Positions 20,761-29,197 of a stretch of 64,000 nt of DNA are shown in pieces. This DNA comes from a virus. The stretch spans positions 26,495-90,494 of the IMG/VR virus record IMGVR_UViG_3300033153_006744; one strand, 5' to 3'. The translations under genes and the position numbers were made by a program. Position 1 is the stretch's first letter; the number at the start of each line of letters is the position of its first letter. The notes beneath the pieces are model-generated. The model was not told the origin of the DNA, did not search any database, and worked only from the letters and a program-made list of their open reading frames with translations.

Positions 20761-21667
20761 CTTTTCTCTCCACATTTAATGTTATATCTGTAATTTCATC
20801 ATAAACATCTTTTATAACTTTATCGTAACTTGTAATAGGAATTCTATATATAATTATATCTAAAGAATCTGAAGGATAATTATCATTTCCAACTGTAAAG
20901 TTATTATATTGCTCTATTTCCCATTCGTAATCAATGTCATCATGATTAAAAGAAGGCATCTTATTTCTTAAATCATATATTATCCTATTCTTTAACCTTA
21001 AAACTATCTGTGGAGATTGAGACCAAAACATTATTCTTAATGTTATATCTTGTAGTCTTTCTCTAGCATTCTTATATAAGTCATTGACCCCCTGAACATC
21101 ATCAGCTGGCAAAAACATCACATCGGCTGGAGTTACGCCAACCAAGCTAACCACAGAGCCAGTATCACTCATTTTGCTTAACTCTTGTCCAGATGTTTCA
21201 CTCATATAATCTTGGCTTCTATATAAAAAAGTTTCATGTAACCAAAATGTTTTTAGTTTCTTTATGAAAGTTTTTATTATATTTTCAACATCACACGCTT
21301 GTTCATTTTCATCAGGCATTTCGTAAGTCCAAGAGTCTGTTTCTGTTACTGTTTCACCTGGTATAGGATCTAAATTGTCATCTAAGTTAGTAATGATTAT
21401 ATCTCCAAGCAAAGGAAACTTAGAAGGAGCACCTTTTTCATCTGTCCATGGGTCAGCATCATAAGCTGGCGTCCATATTCGCAACAAAGCACCATCTTCT
21501 AACACATCAACTCTATCAGCAACAATGCCTTGAAACTTAACTTCAACAACATGTGGATTGCTGCCCACTGCAGCTATTCTGAAATTAGTGCCTATAATAT
21601 AGACAACATCTTTTCCAAATGTAAGTCCAGAAGGTTGTGAAATACTTGTAAAAGTTGGAACAGCCAT
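20753..21667 (-). CDS. Tail terminator/neck protein with N-terminal IPT/TIG-like domain
   Basis: 'PTFTSISQPSGLTFGKDVVYIIGTNF' IPT/TIG start; position upstream of the sheath. Confidence 0.6.
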   Translation of the reverse strand: MAVPTFTSISQPSGLTFGKDVVYIIGTNFRIAAVGSNPHVVEVKFQGIVADRVDVLEDGALLRIWTPAYDADPWTDEKGAPSKFPLLGDIIITNLDDNLDPIPGETVTETDSWTYEMPDENEQACDVENIIKTFIKKLKTFWLHETFLYRSQDYMSETSGQELSKMSDTGSVVSLVGVTPADVMFLPADDVQGVNDLYKNARERLQDITLRIMFWSQSPQIVLRLKNRIIYDLRNKMPSFNHDDIDYEWEIEQYNNFTVGNDNYPSDSLDIIIYRIPITSYDKVIKDVYDEITDITLNVERKDD

Positions 21668-22206
21668 TACCTTAAACCCTTAGCTTTTAAAGCTCTTAAA
21701 GCCTGCGTTGTAAACAAATGCTCTATATTACCTTTCATCTTTCGATAAATAGGGGCAATAAAAGGTCTAGCAGGGATATTTATTATTTTAAATCTGCCAT
21801 CTTCGCCTTTTCTCATAATTGTTTTACCGTGTTCATGAACCCAGGCTATATTAACCATCTTACCTTTTTCGCCATCAGAGTCATATTCTTCATTTCTATG
21901 TATTCCAACAAAAAAAGAGCCTCTTCCTGTACTAGTTAGCCTAATGCTTCTAAGCAATTGCCCATATCTTATTAAAGCTTTGGTTCCCTTAAAGCCCTCT
22001 GCCCTTCTTCTTGCTATTGTTGCTTTAGCTAAGGGTTTAAATCTTTCATTATTGGGGGCTTGACTTCTTATTCCAAGTTTTATTTCTTTTACGGAAAACA
22101 TTGCTAAACGTCTTAACACTAAATGCATAACTGGTTTAGCTTGTTTATATATTGTATTTAAAGCCGTTGACGCCTTATCCCAATCACCAAAAACATTTTT
22201 ACCCAT
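21667..22206 (-). CDS. Virion morphogenesis / tail completion protein (Mu gpG / P2 gpS-like)
   Basis: 'FKPLAKATIARR', 'KALIRYGQLLRSI', 'IAWVHEHG', 'IPARPF' family motifs; start refined to ATG 22206. Confidence 0.85.
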   Translation of the reverse strand: MGKNVFGDWDKASTALNTIYKQAKPVMHLVLRRLAMFSVKEIKLGIRSQAPNNERFKPLAKATIARRRAEGFKGTKALIRYGQLLRSIRLTSTGRGSFFVGIHRNEEYDSDGEKGKMVNIAWVHEHGKTIMRKGEDGRFKIINIPARPFIAPIYRKMKGNIEHLFTTQALRALKAKGLR

Positions 22207-22225
22207 ATTAACCCCCACTTTTTAC

Positions 22226-22254
22226 ATTATGCCAGTGAAATGCTAAAAAGTAAA
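22226..22254 (-). promoter_or_regulatory. Promoter TTTACT-17-CATAAT with TGG extension, restarting the neck/tail operon
   Basis: 17-bp spacing, TGGCATAAT box. Confidence 0.55.
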
Positions 22255-22312
22255 GCAATAATTTAATTAAGTTGTTTTTTTTATTGAATTATATTTAGAA
22301 ATTGTTGTGAGA

Positions 22313-22897
22313 TTATTCTTTTTTGAAAAGTCCAAGTATCTTGCCAGAGTTCTCGTGTAAATACATCGCAAAGCTAGAACTAAGGATTCCTTCCATGAGA
22401 GCAGGTAACACAGCCATACCATTACCAACGCTATATAATATTGTAGCAGTTATACCTAACACAGACACTACTAAAACTTTTATAACAGGTTTTTGTTTAG
22501 ACCAAAATCCGCCAAACGCCTTAAGTCTCAAAATAGATAGCAATAAAAATATTAAAGACCCAATACCTAATAAGTATTTTTTCTCTTTGAATAAATTGTA
22601 TGTCTCCTTGCCATCATCAATAATTTCTTCTTTAGTTGTGTTTTTACTTAGGTCAACATCTTTTAGTTCAGAGCTAACTCCAGCAGCCTTTAATTCATCT
22701 GATTTTTCTTTGTTTTCTTTTTCAACTTCTTTAATATCTTTTGTGATATTAGCAGGAAGTTTCTTTTCAACCTTGGCTTCAATCTCAAGCTCTTTGTTTT
22801 CTAAGATAGGCTTTGGTACACCCTGTGCAAAAACATCAAATGTAAATGCAACAAAAAATACAGTTACAAGTGTCATAAAATAAAAAGTTCTCTTCAT
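22313..22897 (-). CDS. Membrane protein (signal peptide + 3 TM), holin-like candidate
   Basis: N-terminal signal peptide, charged linker, three C-terminal hydrophobic helices, basic C-terminal tail. Confidence 0.55.
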   Translation of the reverse strand: MKRTFYFMTLVTVFFVAFTFDVFAQGVPKPILENKELEIEAKVEKKLPANITKDIKEVEKENKEKSDELKAAGVSSELKDVDLSKNTTKEEIIDDGKETYNLFKEKKYLLGIGSLIFLLLSILRLKAFGGFWSKQKPVIKVLVVSVLGITATILYSVGNGMAVLPALMEGILSSSFAMYLHENSGKILGLFKKE

Positions 22898-22911
22898 TTT
22901 TTTCTCCTAAT

Positions 22912-23325
22912 TTAATTAAATAATTGTTTAACTTCGTCATTTTCTTTTTCGTCAAAGTTAAATATTAGTAAATAGTTATTGTTAATATATAATTCAAAGT
23001 TAAAAATAACATTGTTACGCTTAACTTCTAAATTAAAGCCAAAAACATCAGCCTCGCTTTTGGTAAAGCCTAGTTCGCTTAAGTCTGCTTCTATATCTTG
23101 CAGCCTTAACAGCCTTTCTTTTTCTAGGTTATTAGATCTAGTTGCTTGATCATGTGACATATCTGTCATGCTTTCTGGTTTTGATAGAAAGCCTTTTATT
23201 ATATCTTTGTTATAGCTATATATTAAAAGACATATATTGCCTATTAGTATGTAATTATCTTTTTCTTTAATGTATGCCTTCTTAAGCATGTGTTCTAAGT
23301 TATCAACAGTTCTTTCTTTTGTCAT
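22912..23325 (-). CDS. Hypothetical protein
   Basis: ATG 23325 with GGAG RBS; upstream TTGCTT..TATATA promoter-like sequence. Confidence 0.55.
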   Translation of the reverse strand: MTKERTVDNLEHMLKKAYIKEKDNYILIGNICLLIYSYNKDIIKGFLSKPESMTDMSHDQATRSNNLEKERLLRLQDIEADLSELGFTKSEADVFGFNLEVKRNNVIFNFELYINNNYLLIFNFDEKENDEVKQLFN

Positions 23326-23379
23326 AAAATCTCCGTAAATTAACATTGTATATATAGCATTTGTGCAATAAAAAAGCAA

Positions 23380-24042
23380 TTATTGTTTATCTTTGTGGTT
23401 GTTTAGCCTTATAAATGACAACACAACTAATAATTGCAACTCACTAAACTTAGAAAAAAACATCTTATTGTCATTGTATTTACTTAATCCGAACTTTCCG
23501 ATAACATTAAACTTTATACTTTTGCCACTTATTATTTCAGTTTTTGAGAACTTAAAGGCAATCATTTCCTTAGCTGTTTCATGAATTTCAAGCATATCAT
23601 CAAGATTTATTTTCACAAGCCCTTTGTCAGTGCCAATTGTTATTGAATCTTTATTATAATTAACCTTGCAAAAAAAGAAGAAATGTTTTTTATACGAGAA
23701 ATTAACACCAACCATAAATGGGCTTTTCTCCTTTTTGATTAAATCAAAGAGAACACTCCTGTTTTTAGTTGTTATAAACTCCTTTTCTGTAGCAAAAAAG
23801 TTAACTTGCCTTAATGTTTGGTTTTCTTTTAAGTTTTTGGTTTTAAACAAAGAAGAGCAAGTTAAGCATAATGTTTTTGAGTTATTCTTAAAAATATAGA
23901 AGTCATTAAAGTTAGCTGATACCGTATTCTTTATTAAGTATCCATTACTTACTTCGCAATTACACAATGCGCAGGTTCCTTTTTCTTTTCCATCTTCGTT
24001 TTTAATTATATGTTTATCTAGTATGTTAACTATATCTTTCAT
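23380..24042 (-). CDS. csf1: Type IV CRISPR large subunit Csf1 (Cas8-like)
   Basis: N-terminal Zn finger CALC...CLTC, 'VSANFNDF', 'PFMVGVNFSYKKH', 'FSKTEIISG' match type IV-B Csf1; adjacent to csf3. Confidence 0.75.
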   Translation of the reverse strand: MKDIVNILDKHIIKNEDGKEKGTCALCNCEVSNGYLIKNTVSANFNDFYIFKNNSKTLCLTCSSLFKTKNLKENQTLRQVNFFATEKEFITTKNRSVLFDLIKKEKSPFMVGVNFSYKKHFFFFCKVNYNKDSITIGTDKGLVKINLDDMLEIHETAKEMIAFKFSKTEIISGKSIKFNVIGKFGLSKYNDNKMFFSKFSELQLLVVLSFIRLNNHKDKQ

Positions 24043-24724
24043 TGTTCTCCTTTAGTTGTTTTGGGATTAATATATTTTCTTGATATTCACCTAGCCAATA
24101 TGGCGCACGATAAGACCCATAATCATTTACATAAGAGAAATCTCTATCTTTAAATATGTTATCAGCCATCACCTTAAGTGGCAGTGGTCTAAATAATAAA
24201 TATTTTTGCTCTTCTTTTTCGGCAATCGTAATCTCAAAACTTGAAAACCAACCGAACCCAGCCTTAACTTTTTTCCCAATCCCAACAATATAATCTACTA
24301 GTTCTTTTATCTTGTTTTTATCTCCTATAAAATAAAAAACTATATTATCAACAGAATTTATAACAATAGGCATGTCATAGCTTTTATAATATCCACTACC
24401 TATATTTACCTTTCTTTTGGCTTTTCCAAAATAACTAAGAAAATCATGTCTTGAATTCCATCGTTTCCGCCACTTGTCAATTGATATTTCTTTTTTCTCT
24501 ATTATTCCATAAGAACAAAGATAAAAACCTAATTTGTGTTTTTTTATGGGGATTAATTTTTCTATATTCTTATTTATTTCGGAACCATTCGAGGTTTTAA
24601 TGTCGGTGTTTTTTCTAAAATATTTCTGATAAACTGCATAAGAAATAATGCTGTCAAAAATAGGTATATCTGTATAAGCAATTGGAGATGACATTTTAAA
24701 TTTTATTTTATAAGTTATATCCAT
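24026..24724 (-). CDS. csf3: Type IV CRISPR Csf3 (Cas5-family RAMP)
   Basis: 'FDSIISYA', 'FYLCS', 'GSGYYKSYDMP', 'FYFIGD', G-rich loop 'GIGKKVKAGFG', 'RPLP', 'YRAPYW'. Confidence 0.85.
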   Translation of the reverse strand: MDITYKIKFKMSSPIAYTDIPIFDSIISYAVYQKYFRKNTDIKTSNGSEINKNIEKLIPIKKHKLGFYLCSYGIIEKKEISIDKWRKRWNSRHDFLSYFGKAKRKVNIGSGYYKSYDMPIVINSVDNIVFYFIGDKNKIKELVDYIVGIGKKVKAGFGWFSSFEITIAEKEEQKYLLFRPLPLKVMADNIFKDRDFSYVNDYGSYRAPYWLGEYQENILIPKQLKENNERYS

Positions 24725-25338
24725 GATTTTGAGAACTCCTTATTTCTAAACAAGTTTCCGAGTCCAGTAAATTGCTTTAACCTTAAGACCTCGTCCTTAT
24801 CCATCCCTAGTTGTTCACTTATCTTCTTGTCACTCCAGCCCATAAAATAAAGCTCTTCAACTATTTCACTCATAGATTGTATGCCATGCGTTCCTCTCGC
24901 CCTATTGTGTCTAATTGTACTAGCCATTCTTTCCTTTAAACTTTTTTCTATAACCACTAGTGGCAAATAGCCCTTGGTTCGTGTTTTTATGTCATCATAT
25001 TCCTTTCCAATTCTATTCCTGTGAAATCCATCAACAACAACATACTTATCTTGCTCTTTATCATAAAAAGATACAATTGGTTGAGTATATCCATCTTCTT
25101 TTATTGACCTATATAATAATTGCATTTCTGGAGGTGCAACCTTGTTTGGGTTGTAATTATTAGCCTTAACCCTATCTGCTTTTATCCACAAAACATTGCT
25201 GACTGGCTCTTCTTTAAGTGGGTTAATTTCGTTTAGTTTAGAATAAATGTCATTTAATAATTCTATCTTGTCATCTTGTTTTCTTATCTTCTTTATGTTG
25301 AAAATAAGTTCGTCAACCTTATCTAATAATTCTTTCAT
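24715..25338 (-). CDS. ibrB: IbrB/YbdM-like ParB/Srx-domain protein with C-terminal HTH
   Basis: 'ANNYNPNKVAPPEMQLLYRSIKEDGYTQPIV', 'VVDGFHR', 'STIRHNRARGTH', 'LGMDKDEVLRLKQ'. Confidence 0.85.
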   Translation of the reverse strand: MKELLDKVDELIFNIKKIRKQDDKIELLNDIYSKLNEINPLKEEPVSNVLWIKADRVKANNYNPNKVAPPEMQLLYRSIKEDGYTQPIVSFYDKEQDKYVVVDGFHRNRIGKEYDDIKTRTKGYLPLVVIEKSLKERMASTIRHNRARGTHGIQSMSEIVEELYFMGWSDKKISEQLGMDKDEVLRLKQFTGLGNLFRNKEFSKSWI

Positions 25339-26552
25339 TCTCCTAGCTCCTCTTTCATTTTATAATATTTTTCGTATTGATTTTTAGTTTGACCAAACGA
25401 CAAACTTTTACAGATTTTATCGTTCTTTAATATAACTTTAGCAAGCCTCCGCCATGATGGAGCCTTTTTAGAGCTTTCAAGTTTTTTGTCTGCTTCATCT
25501 GGAATTCCATCTGGATAACCATTTTTAGACCACCACCGAATAAATATCTTGAATTTTTGCCCATACCACTCTGCTTCAAATTTTGGAAGAGTTGCCATTA
25601 GAAAATTAACATAACTTTCCCATGTGTGATTTTTTGGCAATATTACCTTGTTGTTTCCTAATAAAAAGCTTTTGCAATATATGTTGCCAAAATTAGCTCC
25701 AGACACTCTATCAACAATTCTAGACCACGTTTCAGGTTCACACTGTCTAAATAAATTAAGACCTTTTCTTTGGTCATCTCCGTATGGCTGACATATTCTT
25801 GCTTCATGTATTGATAACCCCTGCATGTACATGAAATCATAAATTTTATTGTATGTATAGCTCTCGTTTCCAACAGAAACCCATATATCTTTAGTCTTCC
25901 AGTCATAAATAGGGTAAAAATTAAAAACATTCTCAACAATTTGAGTTGTCCACATTTTATCTTTATATATTTTTTTCTTCGTATTTTTAATGGTTCTATA
26001 TCTATTTAAACTTTCATCTGATCTTATTCCAACTCCACAGGCAATTTTTTCTTTTCCAACTTTGAACCACTCTGCAAACCTAACAACTAATTCTTCAAAC
26101 TCTATTCCTCTATGAAACCATTTCTCCCATTCTTTGGGCATGTTATTTTCGTTTATAACATATTTTGAATTAGGCATCGGCCTAACCCATTTATCTTCAT
26201 TTTCTTTATCCCAACAAATCCATTGTGGCTGGTAAACACTTACTGCATTTCTTAAATTTAAAGGCAAGCATAGCCAATAACCATCAATATCTTTATTGTT
26301 GAAAATTTCTTCAACATGCTTTATTGTAGACTTATACTGAGCCTCTAAGTCAATGAAAAGTATTTTTATTGGTATTTTGTTCTTTTTTTTCGCAATTTCA
26401 AGTGCTAGTTGAACCATTACACTAGAGTCTTTTCCGCCAGAAAAAGAAAAGCAAATCTCATCTTTGTCAAAGTTGTCAAAAATAAAATTAAGTCTTTCTA
26501 TTGCCTTGTCCCAAACATTTACTTTTGAATATGTTTTTGATTCACTGTTCAT
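25335..26552 (-). CDS. ibrA: IbrA/YbdN-like PAPS-reductase-family protein (DUF3440)
   Basis: PP-loop 'SFSGGKDS', 'DLEAQY', 'GIRSDESLNRY', 'YPIYDWKTKDIW', 'RICQPYGDDQ', 'PSWRRLAKVILKND'. Confidence 0.88.
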   Translation of the reverse strand: MNSESKTYSKVNVWDKAIERLNFIFDNFDKDEICFSFSGGKDSSVMVQLALEIAKKKNKIPIKILFIDLEAQYKSTIKHVEEIFNNKDIDGYWLCLPLNLRNAVSVYQPQWICWDKENEDKWVRPMPNSKYVINENNMPKEWEKWFHRGIEFEELVVRFAEWFKVGKEKIACGVGIRSDESLNRYRTIKNTKKKIYKDKMWTTQIVENVFNFYPIYDWKTKDIWVSVGNESYTYNKIYDFMYMQGLSIHEARICQPYGDDQRKGLNLFRQCEPETWSRIVDRVSGANFGNIYCKSFLLGNNKVILPKNHTWESYVNFLMATLPKFEAEWYGQKFKIFIRWWSKNGYPDGIPDEADKKLESSKKAPSWRRLAKVILKNDKICKSLSFGQTKNQYEKYYKMKEELGE

Positions 26553-26573
26553 TCTACCTCCTTAGTTACTTAC

Positions 26574-26602
26574 ACTGTAACACATTTTAAACTAAATGTC
26601 AA
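26574..26602 (-). promoter_or_regulatory. Internal promoter TTGACA-17-TACAGT (extended TG) for ibrA-ibrB-csf3-csf1
   Basis: Perfect -35 box, 17-bp spacer similar to the other early promoters, AAGGAGG RBS downstream. Confidence 0.7.
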
Positions 26603-27361
26603 CTATGTATATGCTTTTATTTCTGGATGAAAACTTAACATGAGATTGTATTGTTTTTTATAGTAATACTTTAACCATGAAAACTGACCTATTGTTGCAG
26701 CCGTTGGATCTACAAACCAAGATATTCTTATTTTAGCTGGATCATCTGTAAATCTTGTTTTATTATATGCCGGGTGTAGCAATTTATCTAATTTTCTACT
26801 GTAAATATATGCAAAAACATCATCCCCAGTTAAATCACAAATCGGATAAAACTGATATATCTTATTTTTCTTAGAATAAAATAATTTACCCATATGTTTT
26901 ATTAAATTTTCCCTTCTTTTGCTTTCTTCTTTTCTTATCCCAATCAAGGCAATTTTATAATCATTGTCCTGTTGGAAGTTTCTAATGGGCGTCATCATTG
27001 CCTTTTCAAACGCATAATTCTTGCACCCAGCATCATAAAAAGCCTTCTTTTTTGCATATTCATCTAGTATGTCAATTGGGGATTTTACTACATTTATTGT
27101 CTTATTGTGGTGTTTTTCCGCTAGTTTTATAATTCCGTAGCTCTCGGGTAGCTCATACCAAGAATCATGAAACATTATGTCTAAATTAGGGTTTGCCTCT
27201 AATGCAATATCTAGCATTACTAAACTATCCTTGCCAGTGCTATATGAAATAGAACCCTTTGTATTTCTTGTTTCTTTTTCAATAGAGCTCTTAACCAGCT
27301 CTATTTTTCCCTTAAACTCGTCTAGCTCTGCATACAACAAATAATATTCTTTATTTTTCAT
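26603..27361 (-). CDS. cysH: CysH-like PAPS-reductase-family protein (type IV-B associated)
   Basis: PP-loop 'SYSTGKDS', 'IGIRKEESKRR', 'YPICDLTGDDVFAYI', 'LHPAY'; overlaps the csf2 stop; start refined to ATG 27361. Confidence 0.85.
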   Translation of the reverse strand: MKNKEYYLLYAELDEFKGKIELVKSSIEKETRNTKGSISYSTGKDSLVMLDIALEANPNLDIMFHDSWYELPESYGIIKLAEKHHNKTINVVKSPIDILDEYAKKKAFYDAGCKNYAFEKAMMTPIRNFQQDNDYKIALIGIRKEESKRRENLIKHMGKLFYSKKNKIYQFYPICDLTGDDVFAYIYSRKLDKLLHPAYNKTRFTDDPAKIRISWFVDPTAATIGQFSWLKYYYKKQYNLMLSFHPEIKAYT

Positions 27362-28550
27362 TTTCTTTAACTCCAATAAAAGCTAGGATATCTTTTTTGT
27401 TTTTCTCTATATGCCTTAAGTATAAATTATTTGCATTTTCAGGAATTGTCAACTCTGACAAATCTATTTCAGATGAACCAGTTGCAAACATTCCGCCAAT
27501 AAACGGATTTTCTTTAAAAAGAATTAATGCATGCCAGAAGGCCGAAACAGATAATTCATTAAAATCCATCATTCTAAAGCCATGATTGAACTGAGTTCCT
27601 TTTGCAAAAACTTCATATTCATACTTCATATGAGTTGGGTTTTCATCTTTTTTGTCTTTTATCGCCTTTATTGATATATTCTTTTCATCTTTAGAGCTAT
27701 CTTTTCTGCTTTGAAAAATCATGTCCAAGTAAGACCAGAATGAGTTAATTCCTGTTTTCAACTCCACGCATTTAGGATATGCAAAACCAACAGATAATTG
27801 ACCTTCTATTGTCATGTTGCCTATTGCACTGCCAAAAACACCAAGCATTGGAATGCTATCTATTAGCTTTTCTCTTTTTTCTAAGTCCTCATATAGGGTA
27901 GACTCGGTCAAGGCTCCGCCAGTAAACAAAATATGATATAATTGTTTATCTATTTTTTTACATCCAACTCTTTTTAAGAAATCATACATCGCTAATCTTC
28001 TTAAGACGCCCCTAATGCTATTTCCAGATATACAAGGAATCAGCTCAAATGTTTTATTGTATGTTTTAAGTTTCTCTTTTTTTACATCTAATTTATGGTC
28101 TTTATCCTTGCTCTTCATTCTTAATAAAACAGTTATAGTGTGAGCCTCATCTCTAACTTTTGACAAAAACTCAACATCTGTTATTTGTTGTAGATAATTG
28201 AATGTTTTATCTTTTAAATCAGGCATTCTAACACCACATAAATCTGCAAATACTTCAAAAAATTGGAATCTATTTGAAGATGTTGCAGACCTTTTAATTT
28301 TTGAATATAGCTCATCCCATATTCCCATTAATCTCTTTCCTTTTATTTTGCTAAAGTCTATCTTAGAGTATATACTATAACAAACATCAACAATGATATT
28401 TCTAACATCATCATCTGAAAACGAGGTTAAAAAGTTCTCGTTTTTAACCATTATTTTCTGTCTCCTAAGCAGCTTTGTTGTTCCGTCTGTCTTATCGGAA
28501 CCCGTGTGAAGGAATGTTGTTCCAGTGAAATTGTAGTCAACTTTAATCAT
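27351..28550 (-). CDS. csf2: Type IV CRISPR backbone Csf2 (Cas7) with ~125-aa helical insertion
   Basis: 'LHTG...LLRRQKI', 'IPCISGNSIRGVLRR', 'LFTGGAL', 'PMLGVFGSA...IEGQLSVG', 'MKYEYEVFAKGT', 'IGGMFATG'. Confidence 0.88.
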   Translation of the reverse strand: MIKVDYNFTGTTFLHTGSDKTDGTTKLLRRQKIMVKNENFLTSFSDDDVRNIIVDVCYSIYSKIDFSKIKGKRLMGIWDELYSKIKRSATSSNRFQFFEVFADLCGVRMPDLKDKTFNYLQQITDVEFLSKVRDEAHTITVLLRMKSKDKDHKLDVKKEKLKTYNKTFELIPCISGNSIRGVLRRLAMYDFLKRVGCKKIDKQLYHILFTGGALTESTLYEDLEKREKLIDSIPMLGVFGSAIGNMTIEGQLSVGFAYPKCVELKTGINSFWSYLDMIFQSRKDSSKDEKNISIKAIKDKKDENPTHMKYEYEVFAKGTQFNHGFRMMDFNELSVSAFWHALILFKENPFIGGMFATGSSEIDLSELTIPENANNLYLRHIEKNKKDILAFIGVKENEK

Positions 28551-28605
28551 GTTTACTCCTTATTTAAGTTTAAGCATTGGGCTAATGCCTTTTGATTTTC
28601 CTATA

Positions 28606-29034
28606 CTATTCTTTTAAAAAGTTTAAATGTGCATTCATTGCAAATCTTGAGCTAAAAGAAGTTTTATCTTTATTTATTTTGCCTAATTCGTTTACCCTTG
28701 CAACAGTAAGAATAAAATTAGAGTTAGATTTTCTAAATTTATTAAAATAAAAAACCTCTTCGGTTTCGTCATTTTTGAACATATGGAATTCTTCCTGTAA
28801 TCTTTCTAGCTCAGTTTTTTTAGACAATATTTTTAACAAGAAAATTCCGTCCTCTTTTAAAACAAGTTCAACGTTAAATTTGTCTTCTAGTTCTTCTTTC
28901 TCTACTCTAGTACATTCAGCTGCAATGCACTCAAATTTTTTAGCATTATTACTTAGAACAACTAAATCTTTGTTAGCTTTAAATATAGTTAAGTTTTTAA
29001 AGTTTTTTCTAATTTCATTATATAATTTTTTCAT
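28606..29034 (-). CDS. Hypothetical protein, first gene of the csf operon
   Basis: AAGGAG RBS; directly under the 29.1 kb promoter cassette. Confidence 0.65.
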   Translation of the reverse strand: MKKLYNEIRKNFKNLTIFKANKDLVVLSNNAKKFECIAAECTRVEKEELEDKFNVELVLKEDGIFLLKILSKKTELERLQEEFHMFKNDETEEVFYFNKFRKSNSNFILTVARVNELGKINKDKTSFSSRFAMNAHLNFLKE

Positions 29035-29059
29035 CTTAATCTCCTTTATTAATTTCTTT

Positions 29060-29119
29060 AGTTAAGACCCTTTCTTAACTCTATACATACATTATAATGC
29101 ATTTAAGAATAAATGTCAA
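29060..29119 (-). promoter_or_regulatory. Promoter + leader stem-loop cassette 1 (TTGACA-17-TATAAT; AGTTAAGA-AAGGG-TCTTAACT)
   Basis: Consensus sigma70 boxes and a perfect 8-bp hairpin; one of six copies. Confidence 0.85.
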
Positions 29120-29197
29120 GCGAAAAGTAAATATAATTTAAGATAAAACAAAATCATGCGTAAGCTATTGTTATGATGCATTAAATGAAGTGATTTT

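Noticed and set aside
886-21667. Extracellular contractile injection system / tailocin
   Set aside because: Capsid, portal, protease and terminase genes are present, so this is a phage tail.
25658-25939. Alternative-frame minus-strand ORFs (25658..25939, 56769..56972, 60756..61040)
   Set aside because: Nested in or largely overlapping better-supported genes, with no clear RBS. The distal part of 60756..61040 might be a small membrane protein but is not supportable.
25335-27361. Auxiliary metabolic sulfate-assimilation genes (true CysH)
   Set aside because: Both proteins lack the C-terminal ECGLH catalytic motif of real PAPS/APS reductases, and their context is csf/ParB genes.
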